Positions 28,077 through 38,612 are shown, counted from the stretch's first letter. The stretch is 64,000 nucleotides of DNA from Candidatus Levyibacteriota bacterium (GCA_003173895.1 PJMG01000006.1:2820-66819); one strand, 5' to 3'. Notes: generated by a model not told the origin, from the sequence alone. Program-made: numbers and translations.

Positions 28077-28538
28077 ATGTTAATTACAGATATTTATAAT
28101 CCAAACATATCACCTATTTTAGACACTATTAGTGTTAAAGAAGCTCTGGAAATTTTAATAGATAAACATTTTAACGGTGTAGTTGTTTTAGATAAAAATG
28201 ATAAATTAGTCGGAATTTTTTCTCTCCAAGATCTAGCTGCTGCTATAGTACCTGAAGATTTTACAGAAAATGCAGTTTTAGCTGAAGCACTTTATAAACC
28301 GAATTTTTTCCATGATTGTTGCCAGGAAATTAAAAATAAAAAGGTTTCTGACATTATGAGAAAAGATTTCATTATCGCTACACCTCAAACACCTGTCATG
28401 GAGATAGCTGCAGATTTCCTAAAAAATGATCTATATATAGTACCTGTTTGCGAAAACGGTAAAGTAATCGGTATAGTAACTCGTTCAGAAATTAAAAAAG
28501 CTCTCGCTTTAGGAATGGGAGTTTCCTCTAAAAAATAA
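28077..28538 (+). CDS. CBS-domain pair protein
   Basis: Two CBS motifs (VVVLDKNDKLVGIFSLQDL; IVPVCENGKVIGIVTRSEI). Confidence 0.8.
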   Translation: MLITDIYNPNISPILDTISVKEALEILIDKHFNGVVVLDKNDKLVGIFSLQDLAAAIVPEDFTENAVLAEALYKPNFFHDCCQEIKNKKVSDIMRKDFIIATPQTPVMEIAADFLKNDLYIVPVCENGKVIGIVTRSEIKKALALGMGVSSKK

Positions 28539-28544
28539 ACTACT

Positions 28545-29873
28545 ATGATTCAAACACACTTAACTATACTTTCTTTTATTTCAATTGCCATCATCTTAAC
28601 AGTTTATGCATTTTTAATTACGGAGAAACTAAATAAAGTTATTGTTTCTATCTTAGGCGCTACACTTTTAATCATTCTACAAGTTTTTAAAACAGCTTCT
28701 GATACTTCCCAAAATGGAGGTTTTGCATTCATAGGTAAAAATTTAGATGTTTTATTTTTCGTCATTGGCATGATGATTTTAGTAGGAATAGTTAAAGAAT
28801 CAGGTTTTTTCGAAAGTATAGCTATTTGGCTGGCTAAAAAAGTTAAAGGTAATCCTACTCTTCTTTTAGTGGCTATTTCTTATTTAACTTTCTTCATGAC
28901 TGTATTTTTATCTAATATCCCAACTATTTTAATCATGTTACCAGTACTTTTAATCCTAATTAAAGAGTTAAAACTGCCTGCACTCCCCTATTTAATCTCA
29001 GTTATTACTATGGGTAATATCGCTGGCGCAGCTACACCATTTTCAGATCCTACTACATATTATCAATCTAAAACCGTAGGCTTATCTTTCATAGAAGTTA
29101 TTAGTAATTCTGGTTTTATAGCTTTAGTTCTCTCTGTAGCTTCTGTAAGCTATATAAGTTTTGTTTTTAGAAAACAATTAGCAGCGGTTAAAGTGAATCC
29201 AAAAGATGTAGCTTTATTTGATCCTAAAGCAGCTATAAAAGATAAAAAAATCTTAAAATTTGGTCTTCCTTTATTAGCTATTTCTATACTTCTTATGATT
29301 ATGAAAGATACTATAGCTTCTTTAACCGGAATAACTTTAGATAATGCTACAGTTGTTTTAACTGCGGCTTTCGTAGCAATGCTTATTTTCAACAAATCAC
29401 CTAAAGATATTTTTACCAATATAGTTGATTTTGAGATTATTTTCTTCTTTATGGGACTTTTTATCGTCGTTGGTTCATTACAACAAACAGGAGTTGTTCA
29501 AGCTTTGGCTGCAGGATTAGTCGCTCTTTCCCATCGTAACGATGTGATCCTGCAGCTATTAATAACTTCTGGATCTGGCGTTTTATCTATGTTTATAGAT
29601 AACGTACCTTATAACATTACTATGGTTAGCGCTATCCAAGCTATGGGAAAAATTGGAATTACCATTTATCCTCTCTGGTGGGCACTTAATCTCGGAACAT
29701 CTTTAGGTGGAGCTGGATCTCCTATAGGTGCAGCATGTAATGTAGTAGCTTTAGGTCTAGCTGATAAAGAAAAAATTCATATCAAATTTGGAAAATACTT
29801 ATTAGTTGGCTTCCCCTTAGTTCTTATCAATAGTTTAATTACATTTTTAATTATCTGGCTTCGCTATCACTAA
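28545..29873 (+). CDS. ArsB/NhaD/CitMHS-superfamily ion permease
   Basis: ~12 TM helices with internal repeat symmetry; general match to the ArsB/NhaD permease fold. Confidence 0.6.
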   Translation: MIQTHLTILSFISIAIILTVYAFLITEKLNKVIVSILGATLLIILQVFKTASDTSQNGGFAFIGKNLDVLFFVIGMMILVGIVKESGFFESIAIWLAKKVKGNPTLLLVAISYLTFFMTVFLSNIPTILIMLPVLLILIKELKLPALPYLISVITMGNIAGAATPFSDPTTYYQSKTVGLSFIEVISNSGFIALVLSVASVSYISFVFRKQLAAVKVNPKDVALFDPKAAIKDKKILKFGLPLLAISILLMIMKDTIASLTGITLDNATVVLTAAFVAMLIFNKSPKDIFTNIVDFEIIFFFMGLFIVVGSLQQTGVVQALAAGLVALSHRNDVILQLLITSGSGVLSMFIDNVPYNITMVSAIQAMGKIGITIYPLWWALNLGTSLGGAGSPIGAACNVVALGLADKEKIHIKFGKYLLVGFPLVLINSLITFLIIWLRYH

Positions 29874-29874
29874 T

Positions 29875-31476
29875 ATGGCAAATAAAATTTTTAAAAACTT
29901 TTTTGATATTTTATCTCATTTTTCAGCAACTCAATTGTCAGTTATTTCATTTTTACTTATGTCTTTAATTGGTGGACTTTTAATTTGGTCTACTGAAAGA
30001 AATCGCATAGTTACAGAAGAAGTACCTGCTGCTCAAAAAGTTATCGTTTATCAAAAAGTAAATAATAATTTAGTTACTAATCCACAGGAACAAATTTATA
30101 CTTTTACTAAACCTCAAAAACAAAAAGGGGAAAATTTCATTGATACACTTTTTACAGCTGTTTCTGCTCTTTGCGTTACTGGGCTTAATTCAACTGATTT
30201 TTCTAGATTTACCATCTATGGACAGATTATAACTATGATTTTAATTCAAATGGGAGGTCTGGGAATCATTCTTTTTACCTCTATTTTCGCTATGAGCGTG
30301 GCTAGGGGTTTATCAGAACATGCTAATTTTAGGAAACTCATGTCAGGAATCTTAGATACCAATGAAAATTCTGTTCGAGATATGATTAAGCATGTAGTCA
30401 TTTATACATTTTTATTTGAAGGGCTGGCTACTCTGATAATGGGGTTACATTTACAATTTTCTAACGCTGGCAAACTATTAAATGGTATAAATCCCTGGTG
30501 GTGGTCACTATTTCACTCAGTCTCTGCTTTTAATAACGCCGGATTTGGTTTATTAAATAATAATTTATCTAGCTTTGTAACAGATCCTGTTATTAACTTA
30601 ACTATAGCTGGTCTTATCATTTTAGGAGGACTTGGTTATCCTGTTTTAATAGGTATTCATGTTTTTATGCGCGGCAAACTTATTCGTAAAAAAGATCGCG
30701 AACAAAAGAAATTAATCGCTGATATGCAGTCCGTTTCTGCTTCATCTGTTCAAATTCGGGTAGCACTTGTGGGAACGGTTTTGTTATTAGCTCTAGGTAC
30801 TATATTCCCACTTTTGGAAGAATCACATAAAGCATTACTTAGTCACTATACTCTCTCTCAACAGATCTTAATTACTTTTTTCCAAAGCGTTTCTACTCGT
30901 ACAGCTGGATTTAATACTATTGATATAGGATTATTAGGTATTGCTACTCTCTTTTTATACATACTTTTAATGTACATTGGTACTAATCCTGCCGGTACAG
31001 GTGGAGGTATAAAAATACCAACTGTAGCTGTGCTGTATGGATATTTAAAAGATTGGTTCTCTAAACCTGGTCAACCTATAAAATTACTCGGGAAAAATGT
31101 TAGTAAATTCGCAGTTTCTCACGCGATTAGATTATTCTTCTTAAGTATCATAACTATTTCTATAATTACGTTTACAATTTGTTTTATCGAAGGCAAATGG
31201 CTTATTACACCAGATCCACTTTTCAGTTTTATGAAAATATTATTTGAAGTAGTTTCTGCTTTTGGTACAGTAGGTCTTTCTATGGGCTTCCCTGGAGGAG
31301 TAGCCAGTTTTTCAGCGATTTTAAGCCCTGTTTCTAAACTTTTAATTATTATTACTATGCTTATAGGTCGACTAGGACCACTTACTATTTTAGCTTCACT
31401 TCCTTGGAAAAAAGAGCCAAGTGAAAAAGAATTAAGTCCAGATTTCCCCGACGCTCAGAGGATACAGATTGGATAA
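29875..31476 (+). CDS. TrkH/KtrB-family potassium uptake protein
   Basis: Selectivity-filter glycine motifs incl. YIGTNPAGTGGGIKIPTVAV; ~10 TM. Confidence 0.85.
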   Translation: MANKIFKNFFDILSHFSATQLSVISFLLMSLIGGLLIWSTERNRIVTEEVPAAQKVIVYQKVNNNLVTNPQEQIYTFTKPQKQKGENFIDTLFTAVSALCVTGLNSTDFSRFTIYGQIITMILIQMGGLGIILFTSIFAMSVARGLSEHANFRKLMSGILDTNENSVRDMIKHVVIYTFLFEGLATLIMGLHLQFSNAGKLLNGINPWWWSLFHSVSAFNNAGFGLLNNNLSSFVTDPVINLTIAGLIILGGLGYPVLIGIHVFMRGKLIRKKDREQKKLIADMQSVSASSVQIRVALVGTVLLLALGTIFPLLEESHKALLSHYTLSQQILITFFQSVSTRTAGFNTIDIGLLGIATLFLYILLMYIGTNPAGTGGGIKIPTVAVLYGYLKDWFSKPGQPIKLLGKNVSKFAVSHAIRLFFLSIITISIITFTICFIEGKWLITPDPLFSFMKILFEVVSAFGTVGLSMGFPGGVASFSAILSPVSKLLIIITMLIGRLGPLTILASLPWKKEPSEKELSPDFPDAQRIQIG

Positions 31477-31480
31477 ATAA

Positions 31481-31999
31481 TTATTCTGTAAGTGCAAAAA
31501 ATTCTATATTATAGGGAAAACCCTCAAAATCTGCTTGTTGTTCAAGATCTTTATTATATGTAATTATAAGTTTTTGCGTTTGTATTTTCCCACTTTTAAG
31601 AAATTTTACAATAGGGATTTCTTCTAGATTATTCTCTCTTTCTATAATCACTTGACCTTTTTTCTTAGCAATACTAAAATATCTTTTTTTTAAAAACCTA
31701 ACTGTATCATCATGATCAATTTCTCCCACTACAGGCTGATTACTTCCTACTTTTTCTACAAATGCTTCTAATAAACTTTTCCCAAGATTTTTTCTTCTTA
31801 AGTTTGAATCTACTATTACATGATCTAAACGCCAATGATCTTCTTCCCACAAATAGTTAAGTTCACCTAGAGATTTCTCTCCTTTAAGAACTCTCAATGT
31901 ATCATAATCTCTTATTTCACTTCCAAGCATTTCTTGTGTACCTGGAATATAATCAATTTTTATATCTGGTGACATATTCACACATTGTATCAAAAACAC
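31481..31999 (-). CDS. GNAT-family N-acetyltransferase (tentative)
   Basis: Motif A-like HVIVDSNLRRKNLGKSLLEAF. Confidence 0.45.
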   Translation of the reverse strand: MFLIQCVNMSPDIKIDYIPGTQEMLGSEIRDYDTLRVLKGEKSLGELNYLWEEDHWRLDHVIVDSNLRRKNLGKSLLEAFVEKVGSNQPVVGEIDHDDTVRFLKKRYFSIAKKKGQVIIERENNLEEIPIVKFLKSGKIQTQKLIITYNKDLEQQADFEGFPYNIEFFALTE

Positions 32000-32047
32000 A
32001 CAATCTTTTTCTCGACTGTGTGTTTTTAAAAGATTTCTAACTATTAA

Positions 32048-32308
32048 TTACATCGCTGGTTGTTCCATAACTTCCTGAACATTTGCCTCCAGCATTTGAC
32101 TCATTTCTTCTTCAGATGGAACTGGTTGACCAGGATGCTTTTCTGTAAAATGTTTAGTTCCCATATCACCTTTCATCATATCCTTAAATTTCATGATGGC
32201 TTCTTCACGAGTGGCTGCGTCCATAGTCATTTTATCTCCACAAGTACATGTAAATTCAAATTTCTTCATTTTTAGTCCGTTAGATAATTTCATATCTAAT
32301 GGATTCAA
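32048..32308 (-). CDS. small hypothetical protein; annotated start is TTG, probable ATG start 5 codons in
   Basis: GAGAGGAGGTGA Shine-Dalgarno upstream; Met/Glu-rich acidic protein. Confidence 0.45.
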   Translation of the reverse strand: MNPLDMKLSNGLKMKKFEFTCTCGDKMTMDAATREEAIMKFKDMMKGDMGTKHFTEKHPGQPVPSEEEMSQMLEANVQEVMEQPAM

Positions 32309-32489
32309 TCACCTCCTCTCTTCTTACATTAAGCATTAAAAAATGTACTAAGTCAAGTAATAAATAGGTAATTATTCGTCGTCGCGAGCGACTATAAGGA
32401 GCGTGGCCATCTTAATAGGATTATATGAGATTGCTTTGTAATTTTATGATCTCGCAATGAAGAAGATAAAATTTCGTATTTTACACTAT

Positions 32490-33347
32490 TTATTTTGGTA
32501 AAGATGGGTAGTTAATTTTGATATCATTTGCGGTAAAAAATAAACATTGCCTAGCTAGTGCATTAGCGAAAACTCCTGCTTTTTTAAACGATTTAGTTTT
32601 ATAAAAAGAGTAAGCAAAACCTGCTGAAAAAATATCTCCAGAACCCACAGAATCGATTATATCTTTTTCTAACACAATCTCTGTAGGAATATTTAATATT
32701 TTTTTATTATCCAAGATTGTTACTCCTTTTTCTCCTTTAGTAATCGCAGTAATTATGTTATATTTCTTCGACCAATCTTTAGATAAATTTTCAATATTTG
32801 GGTAATCTGCTTCGGATAAAATCATTAAATCAAATAAAGGTAATATTTCATTTGCTTCTTTAAACATTCTTTTTTCGACCATGTTTTTTTTATTAATAGT
32901 TCTAAAATATCCTTGTGGTAATAGAACTTTTAGAGCATTTTTAGGAATTTTTTTTATTAAACTTTCAATATAGTTCGTTGAGAAGTTAGGTAAGATTGGA
33001 GAGATAAAAAGTATCTCAGTTTCTCCTAAAATTTCTTCAATTTGTGAATTTATCTCAACTGGATAGGCATAAATTTCATTGAACACTTTTTGTGTTCGCA
33101 TATTATTTTTCGTAATGTTTTCATAAACTAAAGTCTTAGACATTTTTTGACTTAAATTATATAAGGACTCAGTTTTATAAACTCTTAAAAAATCTTCGCC
33201 ATAAGAGGCTATTATTTTTACTTTACAATCCAGCAATTGTTTAAAGATTTTATCCATGAAGATCGCAGGACTGCCAGCTGCGATATACGAAGAATTTTCA
33301 GATTCATTTTTATCTATATCCACATGTCCTACTATAGTTATGTTCAT
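32490..33347 (-). CDS. PfkB-family carbohydrate/nucleoside kinase
   Basis: C-terminal DSVGSGDIFSAGFAYSF (PfkB DTxGAGD motif). Confidence 0.75.
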   Translation of the reverse strand: MNITIVGHVDIDKNESENSSYIAAGSPAIFMDKIFKQLLDCKVKIIASYGEDFLRVYKTESLYNLSQKMSKTLVYENITKNNMRTQKVFNEIYAYPVEINSQIEEILGETEILFISPILPNFSTNYIESLIKKIPKNALKVLLPQGYFRTINKKNMVEKRMFKEANEILPLFDLMILSEADYPNIENLSKDWSKKYNIITAITKGEKGVTILDNKKILNIPTEIVLEKDIIDSVGSGDIFSAGFAYSFYKTKSFKKAGVFANALARQCLFFTANDIKINYPSLPK

Positions 33348-33419
33348 TTAAATAATATTATAGAATTATGAATTACGAATCAAGAAGTATAACTTTTGTT
33401 AAGGAGCAATTTGTCTTTT

Positions 33420-33557
33420 CAATTTTTGGTGAATTGGAATTTTCTCTTTAAATAAATTTAGAAGTTAAATTAAGTCTAGTGAGAAAATTCCACTAGTGAA
33501 GTCCGAAGATTTATTTAAAAATCTAAATCAACTTTCCCTGAACGCCACCAAAAATTG
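33420..33557. repeat. nested inverted repeats: outer CAATTTTTGGTG/CACCAAAAATTG (12 bp), inner TGGAATTTTCTC/GAGAAAATTCCA (12 bp), core CTAGTG..CACTAG
   Basis: Seen directly at 33420-33431 / 33546-33557 and 33435-33446 / 33481-33492. Confidence 0.45.
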
Positions 33558-33589
33558 CGAAAGCAAACTGCTATAACTTAATAAATAAA

Positions 33590-33631
33590 GATCCTTCGTT
33601 CCACTCAGGCCATAGCTCTTGAGCCCCAGAC
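33590..33631. repeat. family A-like fragment (gatccttcgttccactcagg...) abutting the histidine kinase stop codon
   Basis: GATCCTTCG..CTCAGG block as in the right ends of the 12388 and 42043 copies. Confidence 0.45.
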
Positions 33632-35086
33632 TCATAGAGATGATGAAACTGGGAGAGAAAAATAGAATGTAGAACCCTTACCTTCTGAACTTTCCACCCA
33701 CAGCTTACCTTTATGCAGTTTAATTATTTGACTAGAAATATATAAACCCAAACCTAATCCTGGATAAGTCTCATGACCTCGTACTTGATAAAATCGATCA
33801 AATATTTTCTTGTGAGCAATCTTAGGTATACCTATTCCAAAATCTTTCACATAAATTTCGATAGTATTTTTTTTAGGACGAGAACCGATAATAATATCTT
33901 TATCTGCTTTAGAATATTTAATAGCATTCGTAACTAAATTCGTAAGTACTTGTCTTATTCTTTCTTTATCAGCATACACATATAGTTTAGTATGCCAGTC
34001 TAATTTAAGCTTATGGAATGTGGTAGGTTGTAAGTCTTCTACTATTTCTTTCGCTAATTCTTTAACTAAGAACTTTTCCTTTTCTACTTTTAAACCACCT
34101 TTATAAAGTCTAGTAACGTCTAATAATTCTTTAACTAGATCTGTTAATTTATTTAGTTGAAGGTCAATTTTTTTAATTACTTTCTCTGATTCGGAATCCT
34201 GAGATTTTTGAAATCTCTTTTTCAAAATTTGCGCGAAAACAGTAGCAGATGTTAGAGGTGTTTTTAATTCATGAGAAGCCATATTAATAAAATCATCTTT
34301 TTTCTCCTCTAATTCTCTTTGAATAGTAATATCATTTATAATTTCTGCAGCAGCAATTATTTTTCCTTTCTTGTTAAGAATAGGAGCAGCACTAACTTGT
34401 AAAAATGTTTTTTTTCCATCTTTTTTTTGAATAGTTATGTTTTCGTTTTTTAATTTTTTCCCTTTTAATGCTGTTAATATAGGAGCTTGAGAAGCATTTA
34501 ATGGTTTATTATTAATTTCCGCATTTAAAAGTAATTCTTCACCATATATAAATTCTGTAGGAATTTTCATATCAATTATATTTTCCAGTTGTTTATTTTG
34601 GTGAATAACTTTACCAGTAGCATCGGAAATAATTATTCCTACTGGTAGTTGTTCTACAATAGTTTCCAACTGCTTTCTGCCATCTGCTTCTTTTTCGATT
34701 AAACTATCTACTGTTTGTTTTAATCCTCCAATTATCGCAGAAAGGCCAAAATATATTAACCCCAAATAAATGGTTGTTTCAACCCCAGCTATAAATTTTC
34801 CATTAGTATAACTTCTAGTTTCAATAATATATAAATAATATAAAATGGTTAAAGTACTAGTCGTAAAACCTCCTATTACTCCATTTCTAAGTGAGAAATA
34901 AATAATTAAGATTACATTAACAAAAATGATATAAGTTCCAACTATGTTAGGATCTTTTAAGATTTTATAAGATAAAAATTCCGATAAAATAAAAACAATA
35001 ATATTAAAGATAAGTGGAAAAAGAAAAGAATAATTTTTTTTACCCAGTTGCTTAATTGGATTTAAATAATCCAATATTTTTATCAT
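33632..35086 (-). CDS. sensor histidine kinase (TM + PAS-like + HisKA + HATPase_c)
   Basis: H-box MASHELKTPLTS; G2 box GLGLGLYISSQIIKLHKGKLWVESSEGKGSTFYFSLP; N-terminal TM helices. Confidence 0.85.
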   Translation of the reverse strand: MIKILDYLNPIKQLGKKNYSFLFPLIFNIIVFILSEFLSYKILKDPNIVGTYIIFVNVILIIYFSLRNGVIGGFTTSTLTILYYLYIIETRSYTNGKFIAGVETTIYLGLIYFGLSAIIGGLKQTVDSLIEKEADGRKQLETIVEQLPVGIIISDATGKVIHQNKQLENIIDMKIPTEFIYGEELLLNAEINNKPLNASQAPILTALKGKKLKNENITIQKKDGKKTFLQVSAAPILNKKGKIIAAAEIINDITIQRELEEKKDDFINMASHELKTPLTSATVFAQILKKRFQKSQDSESEKVIKKIDLQLNKLTDLVKELLDVTRLYKGGLKVEKEKFLVKELAKEIVEDLQPTTFHKLKLDWHTKLYVYADKERIRQVLTNLVTNAIKYSKADKDIIIGSRPKKNTIEIYVKDFGIGIPKIAHKKIFDRFYQVRGHETYPGLGLGLYISSQIIKLHKGKLWVESSEGKGSTFYFSLPVSSSL

Positions 35087-35136
35087 AAAATGTATTTTAC
35101 ACTTATATATATAAAAAATGTGTAAGATTAGTATTT

Positions 35137-36150
35137 CTAATTAACTACTTGACCTAAACTCCAATCGCTATCAAAGTCAGAATTTAAACTTTGTAAAATA
35201 TCTGCTTGTGAAATAATAATTCCCATTTCCCTATTTTGATCCATACTTTGAGTAGTTAAATTTACTGAGCCAATATAAGCTTTAGTGTTATCAATATCTA
35301 TCAATTTCGCATGAATGTAAGGTGATGAAACAGTTTCTACTTCAATTCCGGCATTTTTTAACTGATCCGCTGCATATTTATTAGTGCTAACTTTAGAAAA
35401 ACCAGCTAGAATTACTTTTATCTGAGTACTTTTAGCTTTTTGAGTTAATAAATTTATTATTTGTTTATCATCAATAACTTCTGTTTCTATATCTATAGTT
35501 TTAGCCGCAGAATTTAAAAGTGTAACTAACTTATCTCTAGAATTATCAGGGCTAACTACTAAATTAGAATCTGCGATATTTAAACTTTGACGTTGTGCAT
35601 CTGCATTAAAAATCTGATCAATGGTTTGTGCGTCTGTAGGATTATCATCCATAATGTCATACTCACGATTGGATTTAAAAGATGCTGCAGTTAAATTCTG
35701 ATTCATTATCCAAACTTCATTATTATCAATAACAATTGCCTTTTCATGAGTTAAAGCAAAACTGGGGTTTGTCCAATTTACTGGTATACCATCAGCAGTT
35801 AATTCTGACTTAGCTTTTTCATTTATATTTCCAGCACCAAAAGGATGCTGTTCTAATAAAACATGAACGATTATTCCCCGATCATGAGCAGCCTCAAGCG
35901 CAGAAATTATTTCTTTATCAGATAATAAATACATTTCTAAATCTATTTCTTTTTGCGCATTATTTATGGAATCAATAATAGGAGATCGTCCATCCATGGG
36001 TTGCTCAAAAAGTGTGAGATTATTTTCTGTACCTAAAACTTGAACTGAATGATTATTAAGATTTTGGTGATTAAAAACAAAATAGAGAGAATAAATAAAA
36101 AAACAGAGAACTAAAATTCCTAAATTCTTTTTAAGAAAAGAGCGCATCAA
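35137..36150 (-). CDS. phospholipase D / cardiolipin-synthase-like protein with two HKD motifs
   Basis: HEKAIVIDNNEVWIMNQNLT and HAKLIDIDNTKAYIGSVNLT (HxKx4D...N); N-terminal signal anchor. Confidence 0.85.
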   Translation of the reverse strand: MMRSFLKKNLGILVLCFFIYSLYFVFNHQNLNNHSVQVLGTENNLTLFEQPMDGRSPIIDSINNAQKEIDLEMYLLSDKEIISALEAAHDRGIIVHVLLEQHPFGAGNINEKAKSELTADGIPVNWTNPSFALTHEKAIVIDNNEVWIMNQNLTAASFKSNREYDIMDDNPTDAQTIDQIFNADAQRQSLNIADSNLVVSPDNSRDKLVTLLNSAAKTIDIETEVIDDKQIINLLTQKAKSTQIKVILAGFSKVSTNKYAADQLKNAGIEVETVSSPYIHAKLIDIDNTKAYIGSVNLTTQSMDQNREMGIIISQADILQSLNSDFDSDWSLGQVVN

Positions 36151-36263
36151 ATCAGTTTACTATGTTACCGACTTTAGTAACAAGTATTAAGAATTAACTC
36201 GGCACTTATCCCATAACCTCATGTAATGTGATATAATTAGGTTGTCCTGCCTGACTAAATCGC

Positions 36264-37136
36264 ATGAATGAATTTAATTTCGGGCAGTTTTTAAAAAAAT
36301 ACGGTAGTGAGAAAAAATGTTTGGATTACCTCATAAAACTTAAGTGTCCTGATGGTATTTACTGCAAACAATGTGAGAGGGTAAAAAAGTTTACAAAGAT
36401 TAGAACAAGAACTGTCTATCAATGCTCTTGTGGATATCAAGTAAGTCCACTAGTTGGAACAATCTTTGAAAAAAGTAGTACACCTTTAACTTACTGGTTT
36501 TACGCAATCTTCTTGATGTCTAATACCAGATCAGGCATATCAGCAAAACAGTTACAAAGAGAGCTTGGAGTAACTTACAAAACAGCCTGGAGGATGTTTA
36601 AACAAATAAGAATCTTGATGCAATACACGACAGATAAACTTAAAGGAACGATTGAAGTAGATGAAACTTATGTAGGAGGTAAAGGGTGGAATAGAAGATA
36701 TATTCCTAATTTTAATGAGAAACCGAAAGAAGTAGTTTTCGGGATGGTAGAAAGAAATGGGAATGCGAAGCTACTTCATTTACCAGGTAATGGTAGAAGA
36801 CAATTAGTCGAAGAAATTCAAAAAAACATAGATAAAGGCTCCTATATTATCAGTGATCAATATGCAGCATACAATTACGTAACAAAGATTGGTTATACCC
36901 ATGATTTTGTAACTCATCGAAAAGAGTATGTTAGTAAAAAAGATCCGAATGTTTACACACAAAATATCGAGAGCATCTGGTCTCACTTAAAGAGAGGAAT
37001 CTTTGGAGTTTATCGAAAGACTTCCAAGAAATACTTACAGAGTTACGTTAACGAATTTGCTTTTAGATATAACTATAGAAATCAAAATATGTTTGATATA
37101 TTGATTAAACAGTCAATTAATTCTAAAATTAAATAA
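36264..37136 (+). CDS. IS1595-family (ISXO2-like) transposase; element ends not resolved
   Basis: N-terminal Zn-ribbon CPDGIYCKQCERVKKF...CSCGYQVS, then ISXO2-like core GISAKQLQRELGVTYKTAWRMFKQIR and DDE region. Confidence 0.7.
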   Translation: MNEFNFGQFLKKYGSEKKCLDYLIKLKCPDGIYCKQCERVKKFTKIRTRTVYQCSCGYQVSPLVGTIFEKSSTPLTYWFYAIFLMSNTRSGISAKQLQRELGVTYKTAWRMFKQIRILMQYTTDKLKGTIEVDETYVGGKGWNRRYIPNFNEKPKEVVFGMVERNGNAKLLHLPGNGRRQLVEEIQKNIDKGSYIISDQYAAYNYVTKIGYTHDFVTHRKEYVSKKDPNVYTQNIESIWSHLKRGIFGVYRKTSKKYLQSYVNEFAFRYNYRNQNMFDILIKQSINSKIK

Positions 37137-37190
37137 ATATTCTTACTAATATATTATTTGATTATAAAAAATCAATTATAATATAAGTAT

Positions 37191-37442
37191 ATGATAACCA
37201 AAAAAGAAGATTCTGCAACAAATATTGATTTATCCATAACTAATGGTGATTTAGCTGCATTAAAAGAAGTTAAAAATAAATGGAAATTTAAAAATATTGA
37301 AGATATTTTACGTTTTGCTCTAGCAGTAATGAAAAAGTCTGAAAAGAATAAAATTTATGTAGATGAAAATGGAACTCAGGTAGGATACGTTCCTGCTGAC
37401 AGCATGATAGAAAAAGAAGAAAAACCTTCTCAATCTACTTAA
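37191..37442 (+). CDS. small hypothetical protein (83 aa)
   Basis: ORF only; in the same frame as the next ORF, separated by a TAA and 12 nt. Confidence 0.35.
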   Translation: MITKKEDSATNIDLSITNGDLAALKEVKNKWKFKNIEDILRFALAVMKKSEKNKIYVDENGTQVGYVPADSMIEKEEKPSQST

Positions 37443-37454
37443 TATTATTCTAAT

Positions 37455-37823
37455 ATGACAAAAAACAAAAATGACGAGACATTTCCAACGGATGATTATC
37501 TTAAAAAGGATCAATATACTAAAGAATTTGAAGATTTAAATAAAAGAACAAAGTCACTAGAAGAAAGATTAGGAACTAATGAAAATCTTGCAAAAAGTTT
37601 TTGTGAAGCTGTTGATAGTCAATCTAAAATGAAAGACAGTATAACTGATCACATAGTAGAATTACTCGAAGAAAACCCAAAAGTCCAAGAAGCTCTCCAA
37701 AAACAAGTTAATAAAATAGATAGAAATGCTGTTATGAGTTTAATTAAAAAAATAGGCTTTGCTGGTTGGACTTTAATTATTGCTCTTCTAAGTGGTGGAT
37801 TAGTTTTTATAATTAAAAAATAA
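37455..37823 (+). CDS. small hypothetical protein with C-terminal TM anchor (122 aa)
   Basis: Coiled-coil-like N-terminus; C-terminal GFAGWTLIIALLSGGLVFII. Confidence 0.4.
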   Translation: MTKNKNDETFPTDDYLKKDQYTKEFEDLNKRTKSLEERLGTNENLAKSFCEAVDSQSKMKDSITDHIVELLEENPKVQEALQKQVNKIDRNAVMSLIKKIGFAGWTLIIALLSGGLVFIIKK

Positions 37824-38056
37824 ATTACTTTTTTTTATCAAATGGAGAATGTTTAATAGCCTCTTTAAGTATTAATTCAAATAAATTTTTATCAGCTTTT
37901 CTAGTAGTTTTCTTAAGCTTTTTCTTTTTTTTATTAGGCATACTAAAACTGTAGCACACCTTAACTTTTAGAACAATCTGTGGTTACATGAAGCTTGGGG
38001 ATAAGTGCCATTAACTCCGCTTGACAAAAGATAAATTTTAGGTCCATACTAATTTT

Positions 38057-38605
38057 ATGCCAGAGGAAACCATTTCTACTTCAGAACAAAAAACTTATGG
38101 TTATGGAAAAAGACCTCTTTGGCAATGGATTCTTCTTTATGTGGTTATAGGAGCTATTATTTATGGAATTATTTATTATTTTGTTTTCTATAAAAAAGGT
38201 GGTTATAACTATACTTCTGGAAATTCTTATCAATACCCTACTACAGCAGCTCAGCAAGTTACTACGACTCAAACACCAACTGTTTCCATCAGTCCAAGTA
38301 CATCCACTGCTCCCAGTGGAACTATGATAGCCGAAAAAATTACAGTAACAGGAACTGAATTTGCATTTAATCCTTCTACTATAAATGCTAAAGTAAATGA
38401 ACCTATCACAGTTACATTTAAAAATGATGGAACTTATCCACATAATTTCACTATTAGTGAATTAAATGTAAAGACTAAAACTATTCAACCAGGCGAAGAA
38501 GATACCATCACTTTTACACCTACTAAAACTGGTTCATTCATTTATCTCTGCACAGTTCCCGGACATGCTGATCGTGGCATGAAAGGAACATTAATCGTTC
38601 AATAA
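38057..38605 (+). CDS. membrane-anchored cupredoxin (plastocyanin/azurin-like blue copper protein)
   Basis: Type-1 copper ligands H..(HNF), C-x2-PGH-x4-M (YLCTVPGHADRGMKGTLIV); N-terminal TM helix and Thr/Ser linker. Confidence 0.8.
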   Translation: MPEETISTSEQKTYGYGKRPLWQWILLYVVIGAIIYGIIYYFVFYKKGGYNYTSGNSYQYPTTAAQQVTTTQTPTVSISPSTSTAPSGTMIAEKITVTGTEFAFNPSTINAKVNEPITVTFKNDGTYPHNFTISELNVKTKTIQPGEEDTITFTPTKTGSFIYLCTVPGHADRGMKGTLIVQ

Positions 38606-38612
38606 GTCTTCT

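Noticed and set aside
36151-37200. Terminal inverted repeats delimiting the IS1595 element
   Set aside because: No convincing inverted-repeat pair was found flanking the transposase gene. The only local palindrome (GTTAC..GTAAC at 36170-36187) is too short and sits on one side only.
37191-37823. Two small ORFs in the same frame separated by TAA+12 nt as a split pseudogene
   Set aside because: The same frame is expected by chance one time in three. The junction sequence (stop-YYSN-Met) shows no compelling continuity, and the second ORF has a sensible start.
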